Positions 43,979 to 49,998 of a stretch of DNA of 49,998 nt are shown here, piece after piece. The notes under the pieces were generated by a model. It was not told the DNA's origin, did no database searches, and was given only the letters and a program-made list of their open reading frames with translations. Positions within the stretch are counted from its first letter, which is position 1. Each line of letters begins with the position of its first letter. A program made the position numbers and the translations under genes. This stretch comes from Gemmatimonadota bacterium (GTDB lineage: Bacteria > Gemmatimonadota > Gemmatimonadetes > Gemmatimonadales > Gemmatimonadaceae), in contig JANNJV010000509.1 of NCBI GenBank assembly GCA_031395945.1, positions 1 to 49,998 on the forward strand, read 5' to 3'.

Positions 43979-45001
43979 TCAGGGCGTCCAACGGGCGACG
44001 CGTCCACGCGGGCCAGCGGCGAAGCCAGCGTCCCCCTTGAAGCGGACCGAGTTCATCGGAATCGTGTCGATGTGCGTCCACGTCTCGCCGCTGTCTCGAG
44101 AGACAAAGCTGCCCGCCAGCCCGACCGCGACCAAACGCCCAGCCGAGCCCGCGTACGAGACGCCCGAGAGGTACGCCGCGGGTGACTGTCTGGCAGCCCG
44201 CCAGGTCCGTCCGCCATCGGCCGTTATCGCCACGCTGGTGGCCGCCAACCGCGGCTTGGTGTAATCACCGCCGGCGGCTACCCCCCGCTGTGCGTCGAAG
44301 AAGTCCAGCGAGAAGATTCCGGCCGCGGCCCCTTCGGCGTGGACCGGAACATCGGCGACGGTCCACGTCCCGCCGCGATCGGACGAGTGCATGACCCGCG
44401 CGCGGCCGCCGCCGCCTGTGCCAATCCACACGTCGTCGCCGCGCACGACAAGCGCGCTTCCACTCGCCGCGAACGCGGCTTCGCCCGGCAGCACAGGCGG
44501 CAGGCGTTCAGCCGGTATTCGTGTCCATGTGCGGCCTCGGTCGGTCGTCAGCAGCACGAAGAACGCGCCGTCAACAGGGTCGCTGAGCGCGATGCCGCTG
44601 CGCAGGTCCCAAAAGGCGATGGCGTCGAGGAACACGCCCTTGGCGTCGCTGGTGAACACTTGGTGCCAATGCCGGCCACCGTCGCCCGTCGCCAGGATTT
44701 TCGCCAACCCCTTCTCAGCTTCTCCGGCGCTCGCAATGAAGGCGGCGCCGTCGTTGAGCGCGAACGCGGAGCGAAAATCGAGCGCGGCGAACCCAGGCAC
44801 GGTGTCGGCGACCCACGTGCGACCGCCGTCGACGGATCGCGCGACCGTTCCACGCGAGCCGCTCGCCCACACCACGTGCTCGCTGACCACGCTGAGTCCG
44901 CGCAGTTCGGCCGTGGTGCCGCCGGTGGTATGCGTCCATTGCGCGAGGGCCGACGCGGGGACCGCGAGCGCAACGAGACCAAATGCGGTGAGCTTCTGCA
45001 C
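43979..45001 (-). CDS. Secreted BNR/Asp-box beta-propeller protein (Ycf48-like)
   Basis: Signal peptide. Six SxDxGxTW-type boxes: SVDGGRTW, TGDGGRHW, TTDRGRTW, SSDRGGTW, TADGGRTW, SRDSGETW. No sialidase FRIP motif seen. Confidence 0.85.
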   Translation of the reverse strand: MQKLTAFGLVALAVPASALAQWTHTTGGTTAELRGLSVVSEHVVWASGSRGTVARSVDGGRTWVADTVPGFAALDFRSAFALNDGAAFIASAGEAEKGLAKILATGDGGRHWHQVFTSDAKGVFLDAIAFWDLRSGIALSDPVDGAFFVLLTTDRGRTWTRIPAERLPPVLPGEAAFAASGSALVVRGDDVWIGTGGGGRARVMHSSDRGGTWTVADVPVHAEGAAAGIFSLDFFDAQRGVAAGGDYTKPRLAATSVAITADGGRTWRAARQSPAAYLSGVSYAGSAGRLVAVGLAGSFVSRDSGETWTHIDTIPMNSVRFKGDAGFAAGPRGRVARWTP

Positions 45002-45057
45002 CTGGGAGGGAAGGGGGAAACAGGGTTAGCTTAGCGCCTTACGCTACAGTACTTCGC

Positions 45058-46005
45058 ATGATCACGAAAGACGATATCACGCAGGCGCGCGAGCGCATTC
45101 AGCCACACATCCACGAGACCCCGGTGCTTTCATCGAGCCGGCTGGGGGAGCGGGCGGGTGGCGTGCACCTGTACCTCAAATGCGAGTCCATGCAGCGCAC
45201 CGGATCGTTCAAGGCCAGGGGCGCCCTGAACGCGATGCTGCAGCTGTCGCACGCCGAAAAGGCGCGCGGCGTGGTGACCGTGTCGGCGGGGAATCATGCA
45301 CAGGCGTTGGCGTGGGCATCGGCCATTGTCGGCGCCGAATGCATCACGGTAATGCCCGAAGGGGCGTCGCCAACGAAGATCGCGGCCACCCAGGGCTATG
45401 GGGGCAGGGTGGAGATCGCGGCGGGTGAGCGGAAGCGGGCTTTCGAGCGCGCGCAGGAGATTGCGTCCGAGGGTCGGGTGCTCGTGCATCCGTTCGAGGA
45501 CGCGCGCGTCGCGGCCGGCCAGGGCACCGTCGCGCTCGAGTTGCTGGAGCAATGCCGGGACCTCACGACCGTCGTCGTCCCCATCGGCGGTGGCGGGTTG
45601 ATCACCGGGATGGCGGTCGCCATCAAGAGCAGCCGTCCGGACATCAAAGTCATCGGCGTCGAACCGGAGGGTGCCGCGACCATGCGCGCGAGTCTCGACG
45701 CCGGCACACCGCAGACTCTCGCACCGAGAACGGTCGCGGACGGCCTGGCCGCCCCGATGGTCGGCGAGATGACGCTCGACGCGGTCCGCCGCTTCGTGGA
45801 CGACGTCGTCCTGGTCACCGATGAAGAAATCCTGGGTGCGCTTCGAGACTTGCTGGGCATCACCAAACTGCTCGTCGAGCCCGCGGGCGCGGCCGCCGTC
45901 GCGGCCCTGCTCGCGGGAAAAATTCGGGTCGACCGCGGCTCCCATGTCGCGGCCGTGCTCTCGGGCGGCAACGTGGATCTCGATCGCCTCAAGGCACTGT
46001 TATAG
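45058..46005 (+). CDS. PLP-dependent threonine/serine dehydratase (no ACT regulatory domain)
   Basis: PLP-Lys motif ESMQRTGSFKARGALN, SAGNHAQ, glycine loop VPIGGGGLITG. 315 aa. Confidence 0.88.
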   Translation: MITKDDITQARERIQPHIHETPVLSSSRLGERAGGVHLYLKCESMQRTGSFKARGALNAMLQLSHAEKARGVVTVSAGNHAQALAWASAIVGAECITVMPEGASPTKIAATQGYGGRVEIAAGERKRAFERAQEIASEGRVLVHPFEDARVAAGQGTVALELLEQCRDLTTVVVPIGGGGLITGMAVAIKSSRPDIKVIGVEPEGAATMRASLDAGTPQTLAPRTVADGLAAPMVGEMTLDAVRRFVDDVVLVTDEEILGALRDLLGITKLLVEPAGAAAVAALLAGKIRVDRGSHVAAVLSGGNVDLDRLKALL

Positions 46006-46680
46006 ACGAGCCGGCGGCGCCGCGTCTCCCGAGCGCCGCGAATCTTCCCGGAACGCGAAGTAGGTGAAGCCCAGCCAGGTGCCGCCGATCAGCATTCCGC
46101 CCAGGACGTCGGTTGGCCAGTGTACGCCCAGGTAGATCCGTGAGAACAGACTCACCAGCAGCAGGGGGGCGATCACGTAGCCGGGCCAGCGCACTCCCTT
46201 CACACGATAGAGCACGATCGAGAGCGTGATCAGTACCGCGATACTCGCGATGGCGTGTCCGCTGGGATACGCCGCCCAGTCGTACCATCCGCGTCGCGGA
46301 ATGATGTCAGGGCGGCTCCGGTCGTACAGAAACTTGATCGCGGGATTCAGGCTGTTGCTTCCGACCTGCACGACCGCGAGGTACACCGCTTCGTGATAGC
46401 GCTTCTTGCGCAGCGTCAACCACAGTACGGTGATGATCGTGAGCGGCAACAGCGTGATGTTGGTGCCAAGCCAGGGCATCGCGACCAATGTCGCATCGAG
46501 CCACGCGGGCAGGCGGACGTTCACGGCGCGCAGCGTCGCCCGCTCCCACGCCAGCCCGTCGCTCCAGTCTCCGTACGAGTGCAGCCACCGCGCGAACGCC
46601 ATGCCGATCAGGAACGACAGGGCGTATCCCGCGATGATCATCTGCCATCGTTGGCGCCACCAGGCTCGTGGCTGGCGCAT
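46000..46680 (-). CDS. PAP2 family membrane phosphatase
   Basis: KFLYDRSRP, YPSGHA, SRIYLGVHWPTDV (three PAP2 motifs). I prefer ATG 46680. Track start 46785 would overlap the zinc-ribbon ORF. The 3' end overlaps the convergent dehydratase by 6 nt. Confidence 0.85.
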   Translation of the reverse strand: MRQPRAWWRQRWQMIIAGYALSFLIGMAFARWLHSYGDWSDGLAWERATLRAVNVRLPAWLDATLVAMPWLGTNITLLPLTIITVLWLTLRKKRYHEAVYLAVVQVGSNSLNPAIKFLYDRSRPDIIPRRGWYDWAAYPSGHAIASIAVLITLSIVLYRVKGVRWPGYVIAPLLLVSLFSRIYLGVHWPTDVLGGMLIGGTWLGFTYFAFREDSRRSGDAAPPARL

Positions 46681-46732
46681 CGGCTCGGATGAAGGCTCGA
46701 CCGATCCTCGCGGCGGCTCCCCAGTCACGTGC

Positions 46733-46951
46733 TCACGTGGTAGTGCCTTCCCGACGACAACGAACGCACACCAGCAGCGCTCCAAGATCCACCATCAGCC
46801 GCCGCACGAAGGTGCCGTGCAGATGCGTGTTGCACAGGATGCGGCGACACCGCGGACAAGCTCCTGCACGGCTGAGATCCACGCTCAAACGGCATTCCTC
46901 GCACTGCGTCCACAGGTCCGAGCGGCGGAAGACCGGAGGGGACAGGGACAC
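46733..46951 (-). CDS. Small Cys-rich zinc-ribbon-like protein (hypothetical)
   Basis: GTG at 46951, downstream of the preceding stop at 46966. Three CxxC pairs (CEEC, CPRC, CVRC) plus CNTH. High GC3. Part of track ORF 46733..47005. Confidence 0.4.
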   Translation of the reverse strand: MSLSPPVFRRSDLWTQCEECRLSVDLSRAGACPRCRRILCNTHLHGTFVRRLMVDLGALLVCVRCRREGTTT

Positions 46952-46965
46952 GAGCCGGGATCGTC

Positions 46966-48483
46966 TTACTTCCGCGCGGCGCGATCCAGCCGCCGATGGG
47001 TCCACCCGATGATGGTCGTGCAGCTCCCGCCGCGCGCGCCCGAATACTCTGCCGGCGTCGTGGATGGACTGTACACCTCGATCGCCGCCAGCTCATGCGG
47101 CTTGACGTAATCGTCCACGTCGCCCGGTTCGAGCTGCTGCCACATCGTGCCGTCGATCCAGATCTGTACGCAGCCGTTGGGGCTGCGGGTGCTCGTGATC
47201 ATCTGCCGACCGTCGCTCGCGGACTGTACCCGGATGCCCGGGACCGTTCGCACGACGTCGGACAGGAATCGCGAGGCGGGGTTGATCTGGTCGCCTTCCA
47301 GGAAATGGCCCATCCCCGAGCGCTTGCGATGCGCGTAGCCCACCGCGTCCAGGGCGCGTTCTCGCGACGCGGTGACGCGGACTGTCTCGAGTGTCGGAAC
47401 GAAATCGCTCATCCGGATGGTCACGCTTCGCGGTTCGGCGGATACAAGATCGACGGCTTCTTCCACCGGCGCGTATCCCAGGAGACGCACAGAAACAGTC
47501 TGCGTACCGGGCGGCAGACTATCGAGCACGAATTCGCCCGACGCGCGCGTCTGTGCCATGCGGGTGCTCCCCTCCAGCTGAACCCGTGCCCCTGACAGGG
47601 CCCGACCCGAGGCGCTCAGAACGCGTCCGGTGAGGCGAGCCGTGCCAACGAGAGTCATCTGGCGGGGTCTCCCGAGCGAGTCCGGTCCCGAGGCGACCAT
47701 CGAGCTGGCGGGGGCAATGCTCATGTTCCTGAGAAACAGGAGGTCATCGCCGAAGCTGACGTTGATTTCACCGCTGCTCAGGGGTCCGCTGAGCACCTGA
47801 ACCTTGCCATCCAGCTGGGCCGGCAGGCCACAGATGCGATACGTCCCGTCCGGACCGACGACGGCTTCGCGCACCCGTGGGGTGCGACGCAGTCCGCCGT
47901 TGATATCGATCTCGAACCAGACCAGCGACACCTTTGCGCCGGCCGCGGGCGTACCGGTATCGGCTTCTCGGACGCGCCCCATGAGCGCCGCGGGGCCACG
48001 CGCACGCCACGCGGGGGCGCAGACGAGGCCAATGAACGTCTCTGATGCCGGGGTCGCGAGTTCCGCAACCAGCGTCGAACCACTGGCGTAGTTCTCGTCC
48101 GGCGTCCGCAGCGAGATGCCAAGAGTGTCGAGAAACGGGTGCTCGACTCGGAGATGGTGACGCCCGGGCGCAATGCCTTCAATGCGGAAACGTCCGCTGG
48201 CGTCGCTGGTCGCCGACAGGTCGGAGCTGTCCAGTCGAACGATCGCGCTGGCCAACGGCCGCAGCCGGACGCTGTCGAAAGCGATTCCCAGGGCCGTCGC
48301 CGTGGTTCGCGGTACGGGCGCTGCAGCCGCAGCGGTGGAAGGCGTTGGCGGGTTCTGCGCCACAGCCGTAGACGCCCAAGCGGACGCCAGAATGGTTGGA
48401 AGGAGAGATAAGACTCGCACGGATGGAATGTTACACCGTTGACGGGGGGTTCGACCAACGCCCTGGTTTGTGACGATGCTCAC
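46966..48483 (-). CDS. Triple CarboxypepD_reg domain plus plug-like C-terminal domain protein (no barrel); paralog of 12993..13727
   Basis: Repeated G.V.D..G.P..GA.V.L / GRF.I.G..PG...L.V pattern three times. C-terminus FLSDVVRTVPGIRV...CVQIWIDG...LAAIEVYSPSTTPAEY...SCTTIIGWT. An alternative GTG start at 48420 gives a clean signal peptide (M)RVLSLLPTILASAWASTAVAQ. Confidence 0.8.
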   Translation of the reverse strand: MSIVTNQGVGRTPRQRCNIPSVRVLSLLPTILASAWASTAVAQNPPTPSTAAAAAPVPRTTATALGIAFDSVRLRPLASAIVRLDSSDLSATSDASGRFRIEGIAPGRHHLRVEHPFLDTLGISLRTPDENYASGSTLVAELATPASETFIGLVCAPAWRARGPAALMGRVREADTGTPAAGAKVSLVWFEIDINGGLRRTPRVREAVVGPDGTYRICGLPAQLDGKVQVLSGPLSSGEINVSFGDDLLFLRNMSIAPASSMVASGPDSLGRPRQMTLVGTARLTGRVLSASGRALSGARVQLEGSTRMAQTRASGEFVLDSLPPGTQTVSVRLLGYAPVEEAVDLVSAEPRSVTIRMSDFVPTLETVRVTASRERALDAVGYAHRKRSGMGHFLEGDQINPASRFLSDVVRTVPGIRVQSASDGRQMITSTRSPNGCVQIWIDGTMWQQLEPGDVDDYVKPHELAAIEVYSPSTTPAEYSGARGGSCTTIIGWTHRRLDRAARK

Positions 48484-48596
48484 ACGCGGCGAGCGTCTGA
48501 AATGGTATTCCTTGTGCCGTCGGATGTTCCTGCTTCATGTCACATCGCCTGCCTGCCGGTAATCCTAAACTTTTGCTGCCCAATGCCGAGCCTTAG

Positions 48597-49589
48597 ATGA
48601 CCAAGTCTTCGCCGGAAGGCATTTCCGGGCCACCTCAGGACAGCGAGCAGATGAACGGCGACAACGCGATAGAGCACGCCAAGCGCTTTGTATACCGGCA
48701 TTTCGAGCGTCTGCTCGTGGTGCTGCTCGTCGCGTCACTGCTCATCATTCATTTCTTCATCGAGTACAAGCTCGCGTTTCTCAGTTTCTACTATCTGCCG
48801 GTCATTGCCGCCGGGTTCTTCGTCGGCCGACGCATGGCCGTTTGGGCCTCGTTCTTCGTGGTGCTCCTCGTCAGCTTCTTGCAGTCCATGCAGGGGTTGA
48901 ACGGGCGAGCCGGAATTGGCACGGAAGAGCTGTTGTACCTCATTCCGTGGGGCGGATTTCTCATTCTCACTGGTTATGCAGTGGGGTTCCTGGCAGAGCA
49001 GCGTAAGGCCAGGACGGAAGACGTTCGAAGCACCTACCTCAGGATGCTGGAGCTGCTGACGATTCACGTGGACAGCAGCGATCGGATGCGCCGAGGTCAC
49101 AGCTACCGCGTGGGTGAGCGGGCCGTGGCGCTCGGCCGCGAGTTGGGGCTTACAGATTCGCAGCAGGAGGACGTGCGAATCGCCGGTCTCCTTCACGAAA
49201 TCGGACCACGCGACCCGCGCCTCGTGCGCGTGATGTCGGACGTTCCAACCGCGAACGACTCGAAGCTGAACTCGATGCGAAAGGCGCTGCGGCTGGTGGA
49301 CGAGTACAGTCACTACCACGAGATCGTCAGCACAGGCTGGCCTGTGGATGACACGCGCATCACCGTCGGGGCCAAGATCCTGGCGGTTGCGGATGCGTTC
49401 GAAACGCTCCAGACGCCCACGCCAACGCGTCAGGCATTCGCGCCATGGACGGCGCTGGAGGAGATTGAGCGTGGCGCCGGCAGTACGTTCGCCAGCGAAG
49501 TCGTGCGCGCGCTGCGCAAGACGGCAACGTTCGAGCGCATGGACCGGAGCGGCGAACCGGAAACGGCGCCTCGCGTTCGGCTCGCGTAG
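48597..49589 (+). CDS. Membrane-anchored degenerate HD-GYP domain protein
   Basis: Four N-terminal TM segments. HSYRVGERAVALGRELGL...IAGLLHEIG (HD replaced by HE), HYHE, GWP in place of GYP, AVADAFETL. Confidence 0.75.
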   Translation: MTKSSPEGISGPPQDSEQMNGDNAIEHAKRFVYRHFERLLVVLLVASLLIIHFFIEYKLAFLSFYYLPVIAAGFFVGRRMAVWASFFVVLLVSFLQSMQGLNGRAGIGTEELLYLIPWGGFLILTGYAVGFLAEQRKARTEDVRSTYLRMLELLTIHVDSSDRMRRGHSYRVGERAVALGRELGLTDSQQEDVRIAGLLHEIGPRDPRLVRVMSDVPTANDSKLNSMRKALRLVDEYSHYHEIVSTGWPVDDTRITVGAKILAVADAFETLQTPTPTRQAFAPWTALEEIERGAGSTFASEVVRALRKTATFERMDRSGEPETAPRVRLA

Positions 49590-49686
49590 CCAGCCCGCCT
49601 CGCCTCCAAATCCCTGGGCCCGGGCTTGCTCCTTGCCTGTCTCGTAGCGAACGTCCCGCGTAAGCGGGCACAGCAACGAGAACAGA

Positions 49687-49998
49687 ATGCGACTTCGCTC
49701 CATCGCAGTCACTGCGGCAATGCTCACGCTCATCTTCACGCGCGTCGCGGCCGCGCAGTCCGTCGGGAAAATGCTCGTGGACGATTGGAAGAACGTGGGC
49801 AAGGATGTGCTGGCAATCTGGGGATCGCCATTCGACGCATCCGCGCGCGACTGGCTAATGACCGGAGCCGCCGTTGGCGCATTCGGCGTATCCATGCTCG
49901 CCGATCAGAGCGTGAGCGACTGGGCCATCAAGAACAAGAACTCGTCGGGCTTCCGCGCCATCGATCCGGTGCGGCGTGGCGGCGTTCTCTTTTCCGGG
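49687..49998 (+). CDS. Secreted/membrane hypothetical protein, N-terminal part only (runs off the window end)
   Basis: The ATG at 49687 is open to the window end, so it is absent from the ORF track. My translation is MRLRSIAVTAAMLTLIFTRVAAAQSVGK... with a signal peptide. It may be the N-terminus of a PAP2-type protein, but the motifs would lie beyond the window. Confidence 0.5.
   Translation, partial: MRLRSIAVTAAMLTLIFTRVAAAQSVGKMLVDDWKNVGKDVLAIWGSPFDASARDWLMTGAAVGAFGVSMLADQSVSDWAIKNKNSSGFRAIDPVRRGGVLFSG

Noticed and set aside
43979-45001. Possible sialidase/neuraminidase, because of six Asp-boxes
   Set aside because: No FRIP/RIP arginine motif or other catalytic signature was seen. The size and repeat pattern fit non-catalytic Ycf48-like BNR propellers.
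48735-49895. 386-aa minus-strand ORF opposite the HD-GYP gene and the last partial gene
   Set aside because: It crosses a 97-nt intergenic region and two plus-strand genes that have signal/TM features. No motifs.

Overview
About 50 kb of visibly high-GC, densely coding bacterial chromosome. I did not compute GC content. I support roughly 47 protein genes. I found no rRNA, tRNA, CRISPR array, transposase or integrase, so this looks like core chromosome rather than a mobile island. The gene content suggests a Gemmatimonadota-like or FCB-group soil bacterium: CarboxypepD_reg plus plug proteins, a DUF2911 lipoprotein, many secreted peptidases, and frequent GTG/TTG starts. That placement is inference only.

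Ordinary content:
- An ECF sigma / anti-sigma / Spy-like operon.
- A polX-nth base-excision-repair pair, plus alkA elsewhere.
- A cyclophilin.
- Several peptidases (M42, M24, S9, proline iminopeptidase-like, a large HEXXH metalloprotease).
- A fadN-like / thiolase beta-oxidation pair.
- Threonine dehydratase and a PAP2 phosphatase.

Most interesting observations:
1. 25.2-38.5 kb: two convergent, translationally coupled operons. They combine a GNAT-like protein, an adenylate-forming ligase, a UbiA-type prenyltransferase, a rifampicin-phosphotransferase-like ATP-grasp/phosphohistidine enzyme, an AlkP-family enzyme, an orphan class I HMG-CoA reductase, a BtaA-like DUF3419 protein and a polyprenol-kinase-like membrane protein. 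I cannot map this combination to any characterised pathway.
2. 38.6-45.0 kb: a polyphosphate module. PPK1 carries a roughly 370-aa N-terminal CYTH (triphosphate-tunnel) extension. It is convergent with a DUF4956 / CotH-like pair that normally accompanies VTC-type polyphosphate polymerase genes.
3. 19917-19919: an otherwise intact thiolase gene is interrupted by one in-frame TAG at a conserved Lys position.
4. A 21-nt motif ending in the ATG is shared 20/21 between the start codons of two unrelated genes about 19.5 kb apart. This is consistent with leaderless promoters.

All functional calls come from reading motifs in the supplied translations. No database search was run.
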